64,000 nucleotides of DNA from Octopus vulgaris (Eukaryota): NCBI GenBank assembly GCA_951406725.2, contig OX597816.1:51770001-51834000 (forward strand), written 5' to 3'. Under the pieces are notes generated by a model. The model was not told the DNA's origin and did not search any database. It saw only the letters and a list, made by a program, of their open reading frames with translations. Below are positions 27,435 to 42,061 of this stretch, piece by piece; positions within the stretch are counted from its first letter, which is position 1; every line of letters begins with the position of its first letter. The position numbers were made by a program, and so were the translations under genes.

Positions 27435-27495
<61 letters not shown>

Positions 27496-27509
27496 CATCA
27501 CCATCATTG

Positions 27510-27915
27510 ATAGATTTTTCCCTAAGAATATAGGCAGTACTTGTCAGCACAAGCTTAGTGATTTCTCTGAGACATGGCTCTCCTGGGATTTTATCTCGAT
27601 TTTTGACATTCCTGTCTTATCATACCTAGGGCATCACAATAACATGAAGAGTTCTCGCTTTAAGATGCCACTTTTGTATTTCTATTTTGAGATCCTTATA
27701 TTCACTTCATTTGTCAAATTCCTTTAGATATATTTATATAAGCGGTAACACATTTATTAATCTACAAATATTTTCTTCCCCGCCTTTAATGACTATGTTT
27801 GGTCAGCTAGCTTGGATCGTTTACTCGGTGTTGATTAGGTGGTGACATTTTTACCTTCTACGACTGGCTCGGGATGATGTTCATACAAATAAGCAGGAAT
27901 GCTGATTTTGTAGTG

Positions 27916-27920
<5 letters not shown>
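27510..27920 (-). mobile_element. R4/Dong-type endonuclease 3' fragment
   Basis: KHYKISIPAYLYEHHPEPVVEGKNVT..SEYKDLKIEIQKW..ALGMI..LVLTSTAYILR; (TTA)n on both sides. Confidence 0.85.
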
Positions 27921-27963
<43 letters not shown>

Positions 27964-28491
27964 GAGTGAGAGAGCAGTTCATGCCATCAAAGTGACACTG
28001 GGGTAAAATATACGAAGCCCAATATACCCATCATGACTACCCGTCTGATAAGGGTACACCAGCCACATGCATCACAACCATATGTGCGCGACATGGTGAT
28101 CTCATATCAAGATAAACAGCACATGACCTTGCAGGTGGGGCCCAGTTAGAATTTTCTTCAGGTTAAGTAGCCCATCCCGCTCAAATGGTCCCTGAATAAG
28201 GGTTGTTTAAGGATGTTGAAAAAACCACCCATGTTTCAAGAGGTGAATTATTCAAACCCCAAAGAATCCCCCACTACTTCTGCTCGTGATCAGAGATGCA
28301 CATATCGTCAGCCACTAAGGGACATGCTCAACTGGTTAAGGTCAAACAACTGACAAGCAAATCTGTGGTATTGAGCAGAATATTTGCTGTAGCCCATCTA
28401 TTACAGCAAGAGAAAACAATGTACATGATGACACTTCTAATCAGTTACGATCAGAAGCCATGAGAGCCACTGCCTGGTACTGCATCAGGGC

Positions 28492-28494
<3 letters not shown>
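27964..28494 (-). mobile_element. Non-coding ~530-bp interspersed repeat inserted in (TTA)n
   Basis: Bounded by (TTA)n on both sides; second diverged copy at 50030-50360; strand inferred from tail polarity. Confidence 0.75.
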
Positions 28495-28530
<36 letters not shown>

Positions 28531-28532
28531 GA

Positions 28533-28745
28533 ATGCGGTGAGCTGGCAGAAGTGTTAGCACGCTGGAAGTAATGCTAAGCGTTATTTCCCCCGCTGCTAC
28601 GTTCTGAGTTCAAATTCCATTGACGTTGACTTTTCCTTTCATCATTTCGAGGTCGATAAATTGAGAACCAGCGAAACACTGGGGTTGATATAAGCGACTA
28701 TCTCCCTACCGCCAAATTTTAGACCTTGTGCCTATAATAGAAATT
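28533..28745 (+). mobile_element. SINE family B
   Basis: GCGGTGAGCTGGCAGAA head, GAGTTCAAATTCC B box, Deu/Nin-like core. Confidence 0.88.
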
Positions 28746-28758
28746 ATTATTATTATTA

Positions 28759-28801
<43 letters not shown>

Positions 28802-28809
28802 CATTATTC

Positions 28810-30925
28810 ATTAGTCTTATTTTTATCACGTGCTTTCACTGCACTACCGAGCGCAGCTTTGTATGCCTTGTATATAGACTGCGGTTTGTTGTGACATTCT
28901 TATTTTTCTCTGTATTGAAACTGTTTTATGTATAATGTCTGTGGTGCCTAGTAGTGCTATTTCCTCTATGTTATATATACTTGTTAGTCATGGAGTTTTT
29001 GTTATGTATTTATTTGAATATTTGTTTGAATGTATTTGTTTGAATATCATATCTGATCTGCCTACAATGATATGAAATGTTTCTGTTTTTAGGCCGACAT
29101 TCGAGGTACCTCCACTTCCAGATCTTTGTATTTTGATAGTTTTTCTGATTTTTTTAGAGAAGCATTTTCATCTGTTGGTATTGATGCATCGATTGGAAAG
29201 CATTTGTTTCTTGGCGATCGCTGACAACTATATCCGGCCTCTTAGCCTTAATTTCTCTATCTGTGTATATTGGCATATGCCAGAGTATGACTACATCCTC
29301 ATATTCTGCAACCATTTCTGGTGTGTGCCTATACTTTTTTTCTGTTGTTATTCCACAGTGTTGGCATAGCTTCCAGTGTATATAGGTCCCAACGCCGTCG
29401 TGTCTATGAATATGTTCCTTCTTCACCAGGACAGGGCAGCCAAAGACAATATGATTTATTGTTTCTTCTCAATCTCTAGATATTCTGCAGTTACTTGTAT
29501 TTCTTTTCATTACATGTTTTGATAATTTCTGATGGGAAGGCTATGATTTTGCGCTGCAATTAAAAATCTTTCAGTCTCTGCTTCTCAGCCATTGTTGGGA
29601 TTTTGCTTTGTCTATTTCTTTTCTCTTTAATTTTGCCTAGTATTTGCCATGAAGGGGGTTTTCTTGCCATCGTCACATCATGATCCGTTGCTGTTCCAGT
29701 TTTAGTTTGGATTTCAGTCGTTTGACAGTTTTCCTTGTTTCTTTTTCTGTTGTTCGGTATTATGCCTTCTTTTTTGAATTTGTCAACTTTAAAAACTGAA
29801 AACAGTTTTTGTTTTGTTCGTGTTTTGTGGTTATTTTTGTATTAGTTACTCTTGCTTCTGAAATAAGTACTTCTGTAGTCCTATGTTGGTCATTTTGTAA
29901 TAGTTTTCTGGCTGTATAAAGCTTATAACCACCTAATATATATTTCATGTTCATTTCATGTTTATTTCTTTGGTAAATCCATTTACTGCCAGTAGTAATG
30001 TCTTCAGCTATTTATCATTCGTAGCGTACAGTTTTAGATCATCCGTATATAAGAAGTGGCCGATTGTTTTGCCGTAACATTTCTATCCACATCAAGTTCT
30101 GTTTACCATGTCAGATAAAGGTGTCAGTGTCAAGCAGAAAAAGAATAGAGAGAGCATATCTTCCTGGAATATTCCTCTTCTAATGGGGATGGTTTTGGTT
30201 TTTATGAGTCCCTGTTTTGTCTGGAGGTGTAGCAGTTTCATCGAACGTTTTATATATTTTATGATTATTGGTACTACCTTGTTCATGGCTAGTGCTTATA
30301 GGATCCATGTGTGGCGAATACTATTAAAAGCTTTTCGGTAATCTATCCAAGTCATACTCAGACCTTTCTTCTTTCTGCGGCTGCTTTCAGTTATGGCTTT
30401 CTTGATCAGTCGCTGATCTTTACAGCCATATGAACGCTTCCAACATCCCTTCTGTGCTTCTGAAAATGGGTTGTCTTCTTCCAGATGTTTGCCTATTCTC
30501 TGCGATACTATTGAAATAAAGGCTTTGTAAATTATAGAGAGATAAATTATCAGTCTAATTTTGTGAGTTTGCCGTTTCAGCGGATATGGGAATTAGGATA
30601 GTTTTCGTTTCCTTAAGCCATTCAGGCATCGTTTCTAGCTCTGCTAGTATTTCCTGAAATTTCTCAGCCAATTTTTTATATGTTCCTGTTAGATATTTTA
30701 ACCAGAGGTTGGGAATCTTGTCGTGCCCCGTTTCCTTCCAGCTGCTTAGTTTTTGCAGTGCCTGGGTGACCTCTTCAGCTGTAATAGGGGTCCAGAGTTG
30801 TTCAGGTGCTGAGTTCGTTGTTTTGATAGATATTTGCTGAGGGTGACCTTTACCGATCATGTTCCTTTCCAAAATTCTTCCACCTCTTCTGCTGTTGGTG
30901 CTGCAGTGATCTCTATTTTTCTTTA
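28810..30925 (-). mobile_element. 5'-truncated R4/Dong-type retrotransposon (RT, C-terminal motif region and endonuclease), pseudogenised
   Basis: ITAEEVTQALQKLSSWKETGHDKIPNLWLK; GCKDQRLI; WIDYRKAFNS; RRGIFQEDMLS; HFLYTDDLKL; RHDGVGTYIHWKLC; ILWHMPIYTDREIKAKRPDIVV; (TTA)n on both flanks. Confidence 0.95.
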
Positions 30926-30930
30926 TTTAA

Positions 30931-30991
<61 letters not shown>

Positions 30992-31003
30992 GTTATTATA
31001 ATT

Positions 31004-31052
<49 letters not shown>

Positions 31053-31098
31053 GCTATTATAATTTTTATTTATTATTATTATTATTGTTATTATAATT

Positions 31099-31134
<36 letters not shown>

Positions 31135-31599
31135 GGATAAAATGGATAGACAACCGAATGTGATGAAAATGAACAGGAAATAGTCTATCGACATCGCATT
31201 CTAAAGGCGATATCGATATGCTGCATGTGACTAGATTCAAGGATAAATAGGCCGTATAGGACTCAAAAATCTCTGATATCAATAGTTTGGCACAGTATAT
31301 CACGCAGCTGGTTGAACCGTTTTGTTATTTGTTGTTGCTTATTATAAATAACAATCCCATATCTAGTGAAAATTTAACACACCTAAAACATTTATGAAAC
31401 TAGATGGAGAACAAAAATTAAACAACTGGAAAATGTAGACGTTGTTTGGGCAATACCACAGGAAAGTAGAAATGAAAAGACAAGACCAACACCTGTAGGT
31501 GGCTAAGGGAAAGGGATTTAAACGTATACACCGGGGCAGTGATATACAGCATCCAGAAAAAGCCTTAAGAACAAATTACACTAAGTTCCGAATAGATAT

Positions 31600-31642
<43 letters not shown>

Positions 31643-31930
31643 TAATAATAAAAATAATAATAAAAATAATAATAATAGTAGTAGTAGTAGTAGTAGTAGG
31701 AGGAGGAGGAGGAAGAGGAGGAGGAGGAGAAGAAGAAGAAGAAGAAGGAGAAGAAGAAGAAGAAAAGGTAGAAGAAGAAGGAGAAGAAGAAGAAGAAGAA
31801 GAAGACGAAGAAGAAGAAGAAGAAGAATAGGTAGAAGAAAAAGAAGAAGAAGAAGAAGAAGAAGAAGAAGAAGAAGAAGAAGAAGAAGAAGAAGAAGAAG
31901 AAGAAGAAGAAGAAGAAGAAGAAGAAAATA
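31600..31930. repeat. Compound trinucleotide array (AAT, AGT, AGG, AGA)
   Basis: Direct inspection. Confidence 0.95.
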
Positions 31931-32181
31931 ATGAGTCACAGACAAAACGATTTCAAACTAAAAGATTCAAATGTGAATAAGAAATGAAACACTGATACGG
32001 TGCATGAAATGAAGAAATAAATACACCAAAATAGAGAGAAGCATTATTAAAAATAACTGTGCACAACAGATCTTCAAATATTTCTTCTGCAGTTTTTCAT
32101 AACTATAAATGGTTTCGTTTCCCCAAAAAATCAGTTTGTATTCTTCATGCCGAACACACTACAGTAATAATAATAATAATA

Positions 32182-32215
<34 letters not shown>

Positions 32216-32601
32216 CGACAAGAAATCGAAATATAGCTCAACGAATACGTTAAAGTAAAAAAATAATATTTTCAACAGTTTTACATCCACTGTTCATCTA
32301 TGGGAAATTGGAATAAATCAAAACAGGATTGCTCTGTGATAATTTGATATCGCTGTAGGATTTATTACAATGGAACCAGGAATGAAAGATTGGGAAGACC
32401 TCTGTCTGAAATAGAAGTTACTTTGGTATAAACTTGGCTATTCTTCTTCAAACTTATAAACCAATTTGTTAAATACACTTGACTAAATCTAATAACAACC
32501 ATAAAACATATCCTGCATTTGTATACGAATATGTTATACATACATACATACATACATACATACATACATACATACATACATACATACATACATACACACG
32601 T

Positions 32602-32660
<59 letters not shown>

Positions 32661-33059
32661 GATAGATGCCTACATACATACACTGAGAAATTTATAGATG
32701 TAATATATATAGTTACTCGATTTACATATATGCATTTGTAAGTAGCTGTCTACGTTACCCACTCCCTATATATATGTATGTATATTTGTATGTATATATA
32801 TATATATACATATTTATACACGCACACACATATATATTTATATAAGTATGTGTATAGGTAAATATATATGTATATATATATATATAGACAGATAGATATA
32901 TTTAAGATCCAAGGATCGAGGTGTAGGAAGAAAGTGAACTTCATATATAGATATATTTATATATATAAATATATATATATACATATATATACATACATAC
33001 ACACACACACACACACATAAATATATATATATGTGTGTGGAGGGTGTATGTGTTCATCG

Positions 33060-33372
33060 ATGCTATACAAGGAATATTGCATCAATGAAACAGCTGAGTC
33101 ACGAAGAAGGTGTTACGACTCTACACTCTGGAGCGAAGACGGGAAACTTTATGCATTGATATATGTTTGGAAGATACTGGATATACAGGCACCAAACTTT
33201 GGAATTGAGAGATATAACAGACATCGAATTGAACGGCACTGCACTGTTCCAACAGTCCCAGCTGTCCTATTTAAGGTGAGGACCATGTACTGCAATACCT
33301 TGGGATTCAAGGGCCCACTGGTATTTAATGCCTTGCGAAATCATCTGAAGGATCACCATGGAGTGGGGTAGA
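33060..33372 (+). mobile_element. CR1-like LINE ORF2 C-terminal fragment
   Basis: LRLYTLERRRE..IYVWKIL..PNFGIE..RTMYCNTLGFKGPLVFNAL..LKDHHGV aligns with the translation of 11721-12026. Confidence 0.85.
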
Positions 33373-33391
33373 TGATGACTGTTGTTATTTA

Positions 33392-33900
33392 ACTAGTCTT
33401 GGCAGAATTTCTTTTCATCTGAGAAGAACAAGATCATCCCGGTATCAGCAGGTTACTGCATCTTGTTTAAGAACTTCTCTGCATTCGTGGAGAGGTCTTG
33501 GCTGTCAGAATTTGTACCCCTAGCGCCTCTTTATGGGTGGTAAGGAAGATCCTCTTTCAGGACCAGCCTAATGGTAGCCAATTGAACACGAATCTCTCAC
33601 GCCAAATCTGGATTCCCTAACTCGGATTTTCCATCACTTTCTTCTGACGGATTGAGAACTCCTGCTGCCCACAGATTCGTAGTCTTCGTTGCAGCTTACA
33701 TGTCACGTCTTACAGCATTTACATTTCACGTAGCATTGAGCAGCAATCATGATGTCCCTGTTTTGATACCTGGAAAGAATTATCATGATACAGATAACTC
33801 TTTTCCAATATTCAGACGAATTCCCTTCGTCCTTGTCAGCTAACTTTTTCTCAACTACACTATTACTGTAATCTTTATACTCTCCAAAACCGTCCACTGT
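33392..33900 (-). mobile_element. Tc1/mariner-superfamily transposase N-terminal remnant (maT/DD37D-like, tentative)
   Basis: Minus strand translates TIRLVLKEDLPYHP..AEKFLNKM..GMILFFSDEKKFCQD (first catalytic D motif FSDEK). Confidence 0.7.
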
Positions 33901-34588
33901 TTACCAATACATCAAGCTGTTCCTAATTATAAGAGAATAAAATAACCCTAACATTTTGCGCGAGCACATTGTATGAATGTGTCTGTGCGTTTGTGTGTGT
34001 ATGTGTGTGTGTAAGCGTACATATGTCAGAATATATATTTTATAAAGGATAAAAATAATGATGCTAAAATGAATAGTTTCATTTTCTTAATTTAATTTCA
34101 GTCTTCACATTATTTTATTTCGTGTATTTATTATACATATCGACATTTTTCTAACGGAGAATTTTAAAAATTATTTATAAATAAACTCGGGTTCATTCAT
34201 TTACATTTAGAAATTAATTTAGTTATACGATTTATTTAAATGATTTTCTTGCCTCCCTATTATTCACAAGAAATGTTATTACTACTTCGATGTTTCTCCA
34301 TTGATTGCGTCTCACCTAAATTTGCGAATAAATAAGCGCCCAGATAAATGGTTTTAAAATCTCTATTGCAAGCCGAACTTCAACCTAGTTCCTATATCTC
34401 ACTTGACTGAAAATATACCAACAGGGGGAAGCGCAAAACTGGAGACGGCGAGAGAAACAGAAATACAAAGCAATGCATATATAAATATATGCATACATAA
34501 ACATATACATACACACACACATAACTCATTCGCTCTGTCTCTCTCTCTCTCTGTGCATATAAACATATATTGTGTACAGAGAGAGAAG

Positions 34589-34623
<35 letters not shown>

Positions 34624-36039
34624 GAAGGAAGTGAGAGGGAAATATTGAATAACTGTATGATAGTATATAAAAGTCGAAATACACACCAGTCACTTTTAAC
34701 TAGACAATAGGTCTTATATTTATTTATGCGGTAGGTGAAAATTTGGTGCTATGACTACTATATATTTCCCCAGTGACATTAATAGCCTAAGTGAAATATA
34801 GCTAACGCAGACAATGAAAACTTGATTGTGTTCTCAGCACACTGGGTCTTATTTATTTTGTCTTATTTTTTTATTAAATGACATTCGATACCTGATTTAT
34901 TAAATAATTGAAATTGACTAAGTTGAAATGAAATAAAAATAATGCGCTCTCGAGGTAGTCCTCTCGTTTTCAGGATAATTGACAATGCGAAAGGAGTGAT
35001 ATTATTTTAACAAAAGGTTACTTTTGTGTTGATGCTTTGGTGCCAGGTTTCTATTGATCAAAAAAAATCCTATGGACAATGACATTCCAGCCGTGACCAT
35101 CATGTTTTCTTATCCAGCACTACATTATCAGTTGCATCATATTTTCTAGTACAGTATGCATAATGTGAAGTGAGATTTAGCTGCTATTAGTTGTAGGTCA
35201 AGAGACTAAGTACATGTGCCCTCGTTTGGCAGAACTTTAACCATTAATGAATGTGTCTGACAAAATATATCCCTACAAAAATGTTGTCACCTATAAAAGA
35301 AATGACTTTGACTGCAGAATAATATAATTATTATATTACTATTGTTTACTTTCCTGATTATTGCTTGCTTCCTTCCTTCCGATTAAATATCGAAGATAAC
35401 ATTTCTTTATACTTTGCGTAATGTTAAAGCCCATGTTTATTTATGTTGAAACAATTATTTAGAAACTCACAATAAATCTCCTTATACACTATGATATTTA
35501 TTATTTTTCGAAATATCTCTATCACGTTATTGATGGTTTTTTAATCCGATCGAATCGTCGCAGCTTTTTACTCTTCGTAACCCTCAGCTTCGTATCGTTA
35601 AGTAGGTGCATCGGGACCTCTTTATTTAAGTAGTGCCGCGAAACTAACGGTTTTTGTGTGTTCTTGAATGGCTTACAAACATCTTCCACATTACAATTAT
35701 TTTTGTTTCAGCACACGAGCTCAGATCAAGTCACTTGCAATGCAAGTACATCTCTGTAATTTTTTTAGATCACTAAGGATAAATGCCAGCAAAGACCTTC
35801 TCAGGCTCTCCAATATTTTAATTTCTAAACAGAAACAATCGGGGACAGGGAGCAGGGTTGCAAAAAAAAAATTATAATTTCTCGAATTTTATCTTTTATA
35901 GGATATAAATATATTTATGAAGAAAAAATTTTGAAAACATCAATAAATGCAAGAGTGATAAAGAAATGACGTGGGTTGCCTTTGGATGTGCTAGAAACAA
36001 CAGCCAAATCGCCATCACTTTTCCATCTAAGAATATTAG

Positions 36040-36565
36040 CAATTTTATTTATCAATTTTTTTTACAGAAAATGCTCTTCCCATAGTTTTGAAGTTCAAGA
36101 AACGTTGGCAATATTAGTTCCGGAGTGAGAGGATGAGGGACGGTGGTGTAAAAAAAACAAGAGTTTTGAAAATTTTTCATACAGAGATGCCTCCCACCAC
36201 AACCCTACCATCTCGAAGGGTGTGGTTTTAAAAAAATTGGGAAAAATTCCCGAAAAAATTTCCCCCACAAATTTCTTTATAATCGTAAACTATGCCGTTT
36301 GAAAGGGATTTGTATAAATATTCATTAAAAGATACCTATCTTTCTGAAAGTTATGTGAGAAAACATTCAGATCTTGTAAATTTTTCGAAACTTCTCTCTC
36401 CAACCCCTCACAAAAATTCTTTCCCATAAATCCCTATATACTCTGAAGCCATAACATCTAAGCGGTAATCGTAGAAAATTTTGTTAAAAGGAATCCACTT
36501 TTCTGGATGTTATGAGGCAACAAAAACTCGGTGGCGTATACATCTTTAGTAATGCCCTTTTATTT
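36040..36565 (-). mobile_element. Possible decayed Helitron-like repeat
   Basis: Two diverged ~170-bp internal repeats and a terminal TATATAAATAAAAG like the Helitron 5' end at 48537; no CTAG end found. Confidence 0.3.
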
Positions 36566-38449
36566 ATATAATTTTTCATTTCCTGTTTTTATCATTCATT
36601 GTTTGAAATGCTTTCTCACCCTCTTCACTTTCACACACACACACACACACATACACACACACACGCACTCGCGCGCACACACACATACACATTGCAAAGT
36701 TTACAGATGGGCTGCTGAACTGAAATCTCTGTGTTGCTTTGAGGGAAGGTAAAACTTGAGAAACTGTTCTCTCTCTGTTGTTGGACTACCGTGATGTTTG
36801 TCTTAAAAAAGAGAGTTTATGACTGTGATAAAATGATAAAAGTAATATTTACCAAGCAAGTGAGTACTATTATACAAAGAGATAATTAAACTTAAAATAT
36901 AAAGATTATTACAATTGGGAATCAAATGTGAAAATATTATCAAGGGGCTAGCAGAAAAACGCCCCGAGGGCGGTCTTTCTTCCATTGTGTACAATATACA
37001 TATATATGTATTATATATTATACATACATATATTTCTTAATTATGTGTGTGTGTGTATGTGTGTGCTTGTATGTGAGTGTGTGTATATTCAAACTTACAT
37101 AACCACATGTACACAATGTAGCCACACATACATACGTACATGCCACACATATACACATGCATGTAAACACCCAGATAAAGACAGAGAGATAGATAATTAC
37201 ATAGATAAATAAATAAATAGATCGCTTGAAAGTAAGAGAATCATTTCATGCTTTCAGTTTGCCCAATTCTGTGTTATCTCGGTATCTTCAGATTTTAAAA
37301 TTATGTGTTGAGTTCTTTATTGAAGTGCTGTCCTCTTGACAATTAGATCAATAATATCAAATACCTGCATCAGATACCACACATTAAGTATGCTCGTGTG
37401 TGATTAATCAATTCGAATTGAAATGAAATTCTTATTCCTTACTGTTTTTTTAAGAATGTAGGTTTGTAACTGCTGCTCCGTTGTTTTGTTTATTGTAGTA
37501 AGATTTTTTAAGGTACTGAAGAGTTAAAAAAAATCTTTAAAGTGTTATATGTATTTGAACCGGGCCAAGTTACCTATATATAAAATTTCCGGCCCCATCT
37601 GCCTTTTATAACACTTAAATTACAATAGACAACGAGAACGAATACGAGCTAGCAATAAACATTATCCCTACTTAGATTCTACGATAAATCATATAATTGG
37701 TACTTAAGCCACATAATTATGTGATCATTTTCGTAGAGAGGAGTGGCGTTGTCTATCAAGAGGCTTAAATTAATTGAAGAACACTCCATGAAGCCCACAC
37801 TTCAATTAGATATCGTAATTCTTTAATTGTAACATGCCAGATCTTTATCATGTTTTATTGTTTGCAAGATTCATCTCTTATATTCAATCATCCACAATTT
37901 TACTTTCGTCTTCGAAACCACATAACCCACTGGTTAGACAATCTTAATCAAAATCATAAAGCTGTGAGTTCAGTTCCTAGTTCGTGTGATACATTGCATC
38001 CTTCATACAAGCACCTATTTTGTTTACTCAGCTGTAATTGGTATCAACGACCAACTGGTGCAACACGTTCTCTGCCTATCTTGGTATCAAACCCAAGATA
38101 TCTGTGTATGATCAGGAATACATAAGCACCTCAAATAACTGGGGGAAACATGGTACATGCTATCAAGCGATACTCCTGAGTGAGAGCTGGTTGCACTGTT
38201 CCTAGTAATTTCATTGAGGGAAGTCGGTCGCTGGACGTAATAACAACCACAATCAAATCTATTACACATTATATCTTATCTAAAGAAACGACGTGTTGAA
38301 TAATGTAAGACCTGAATAAAAGAAAACTGTCAAGGCAGCATAGTCACAGCTGTAATGTCTTTGGTTATCCTGGTCCATAGACAGTTGAAAACACTGATCT
38401 GGGGATAATTAACAACGAGTATCAATTACGTTTAGATTATAATACTTCC

Positions 38450-38657
38450 CTCGAGCTGGTAATATCGTTAGCACGTCCGATAAAATTTTTACAGTCATTT
38501 CGTCCGTCTTTTCGTTCTGGATAGAAATCCCGTCTAGGTCGAATTAACTTTTAACCGTTTCGGAATTAATGAAATAAGTACCAGTTGAACACTGGTTTGG
38601 ATGTAATCAACTTAACTCGTACCCTGAAGTTGCGGGCCTTGTGCCAAATTTTGAAAC

Positions 38658-38660
<3 letters not shown>
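38450..38660 (+). mobile_element. SINE family B, diverged
   Basis: GAGCTGG..CGTTAGCACG..AAATAAGTACCAGTTGAACACTGG; (ATT)n tail. Confidence 0.75.
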
Positions 38661-38695
<35 letters not shown>

Positions 38696-38700
38696 GTAGT

Positions 38701-38745
<45 letters not shown>

Positions 38746-38868
38746 GGCGCCACGTTGGAAGTATCTTTAGCACATCGGAGAAAAAGTATTTCTCTGTCTC
38801 GTTGTATTCTGAGTCCAAAGCCCATCGATCTGTTTTACTTTCAGAGACATAAAATAAAATACTAGTCA

Positions 38869-38995
38869 TGTGAAGGAGCGTGGCCTAATGGCTGGGGTAC
38901 TATACTCGCTATCGCTGGGTCGAGGTTTCGATTCCCGGACCGGGTGGCATGTAGTGTGCTTGAGCAACGCACTTCATTTCACTGTGCCCTAGTGT
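38869..38995 (+). mobile_element. SINE family C head
   Basis: GGAGCGTGGCCTAATGG..GGTTTCGATTCCCGGACC..CTTGAGCAACGCACTTCATTTCAC. Confidence 0.7.
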
Positions 38996-39339
38996 TGTGT
39001 GGAGGCCGGCACATTAAAGAAAGGATCCCAGCTCTTCCTCTGTGTCATAAAAGCCGATTAAAAGAGGTTGAGGTGAGATCTACAATCCGACCACGTAAGA
39101 ACTTCACCAGCAACGACTACTCAAACGGATCCATGCGTTGATGGGTTGTTGCCAGAGTGGTGCGAAGTTGTCACTTGCCAAGCTTAGGAAACCACCTACA
39201 AATACTGAATGCAGCAAAGCGCTGTTACAGTACATGTTCCCATACTGCTGCTACTACGAAACGTGCTTTGAGATCGATCTATTTGTATAATTTCCGGACT
39301 TCGCTGCTAACACTTCAAAACAGTGCCCCTATTAGCAAG

Positions 39340-39770
39340 GTGTCAAGCTGGCAGCGGTATTTCTCCTGGTTCATTACGTTCCGAGTTCAAATCCCGCCTT
39401 TCATACTTTAGGGCTTAATAAAATACTATTTCAGCACTAATGTCGATGCAGTCGACTTACTGCTCTGCTTAAAAGTGCGGGCCTTGAGCCAAAATTTAGA
39501 ATTATTAGAGTTTCTATCTTTATTGTCATTTTTGCTATTTCAAAATCGCAAATTTTCTTTTGTTTTAATTCTGCTTAAGTAAGGTCATATGCAAAAACAA
39601 AGGAGAAGAAATGATCCTTTCTAGGAAAGGTAAGTCGATTCCAACACCCGATCTGTACTTATTTTATCGTTCCCGATGCGATGCAAACCATGTCGAGCTT
39701 ACTGGGGCGTTGAACTCAGGACATCGCTAATTATTACAAATTATTTTGTTCGATAGTTTACTAGCTCGCT
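39340..39770. mobile_element. Two decayed family-B SINEs in opposite orientation
   Basis: 39340-39505 plus (CGTTCCGAGTTCAAATCCCG); 39610-39770 minus (GTACTTATTTTATCG..TTGAACTCAG). Confidence 0.55.
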
Positions 39771-40933
39771 TAGATTATGAAAATCTACCAAAGATGCTTA
39801 TCATTAATTAGCACATACGTTCCATTTGCTTTAACCACTTAGAAATTAGGAAACTAATAATCAGAATGTCCTAATAATAATCACTTTATTCACATCCTGA
39901 TCTTATACAGGTGCATTGATCAATTAAAATTTGTTAATTGGAACGACACACTAAAGAGATGTCTCCTCAAGTACAGTCTCTACTTCGAAAGTAATCCTTC
40001 AAGTCAATTCAAGTAGAAATGGCGATCACCAGAGTGATGTGATAAGACTCTAGAATGAGGTGAAAGTGATAGAACGCAATTGTATTCTCTTTCTTTGTCG
40101 GTTTTCGATATTTTACAACGCATTTCATCTTTGATGTCTTTCAGTTGAAATTTGGAAATGCGGGCGTCTATTTCTGAACCCATTTATCTCTATATGATTT
40201 AAGTTGTGTCATGAATGTCCTATATTTATAGATAAAGCAGAATCAGATATACTTTTGCCTAACCCACTGCCTATTACTCTAAAAACTGCTGACTTAATGG
40301 AAAAGTAAATGGCTATTGTGACAAGTTATTCCGATGTACTATATATATATATATATAACATAGTAATATGACTTGAGATTTTTCGGAAGGTTAAAATTAT
40401 TCAAATGACAAAATTGAAAAATACTATTTCAGAACAATATTTTGCAATTAGAAGAGAAGTAGCTCTCATTAACTTCACTTCACTTTAATTCGAAGACAGA
40501 AAATATGAATTATTGTACAAGCACACGCAACACACTCACACATATGCACACAATGCAAACATGCATACGCACACAGCAGGGGCATAAATCCACACAAAGA
40601 CTTACATATAAACACACACACACATATACATATATATATATACATATATATCACCATAACTCATTCCTTTACTCTCTCCTCCTCTCTCTCTTTCTCTCCC
40701 TTTGTGTCCATATACAAATTTATACACTTATTGAGATATTTGTAGATGATAGATTTGAATATGGATATATATATATATATATATATAATACATACAGATT
40801 AAATTAACAATATAAATATATATGTACAGGTATATAATTAGTATATATATAATAGATATGTTGTATATTTATTACACGCACACACACATACATATATATA
40901 ATATATATAAATGTATGTACGTATGTATATTTA

Positions 40934-41025
<92 letters not shown>

Positions 41026-41810
41026 GAGAGGGAGAGAGAGAGAAGGATGGATAGAGGTAAATAGAACATACACAATCACACACATACGTAAGTGTACGTG
41101 TGTATGGGGTTGTTACGTAATCTTATAATAAAATATCAGAAGTATTGTAAATACACCGACCAATGGTTGCCAAGTCGAAATAATAATTTCTTCCGCCATT
41201 CTATTTATACACAGATAAAAGTTTCAAAATGAGATAGAGCAGCAGACAGATGGGCAGACGAACCTTGAGAACGAATATTCTTACACAGAAAATATTATTC
41301 ACATACATTTTCATTCTATTGTTTTGTCTAAATTATCTTTTTTCTTTCTTATTTCTTATTTTTTTCTGTATTTCTAAATATACCTTTGAGTTTCAATTGT
41401 TGTAGATTGAATATAATCACTGTAAGAAATACAACTCGACTCTGTGAAATATAATTTGAATAATATTTTTCAGATTATGAAAGTAATATACTACTATAAA
41501 TGCAATGGTTGATTTCAGCTCAAGTCAACTAAATAATCACAATAATCACACTGCGGCTGCGCATTTTTTAATGTCTGAGCAAGAACTCTGTATGATATAT
41601 TTCAGGTTATTGTTACCTGCAAAGCTTAATAGATAGCGCTTTGAAATTAAGATCTTCTCCCCCAACTATCATCAAATATTTCATTGACGTGTAAAATGAA
41701 ATTGGGTTTCGATATTATAATTTCACGCTAATGAGTTACACACACATACACACACACACACACATACTAACATACACACAATTATATAATCATATATGTA
41801 TGTGTATATA

Positions 41811-41856
<46 letters not shown>

Positions 41857-41989
41857 CATACATACATACATACATACATACATACATACACATACACATA
41901 AGAGCGGCAAATATATCATACATAGATAGATATAGGTGCATAAATATATACATGCATAAATACACATGTATACACACACACACACATAC

Positions 41990-42045
<56 letters not shown>

Positions 42046-42061
42046 GTATGTATGTATATAT

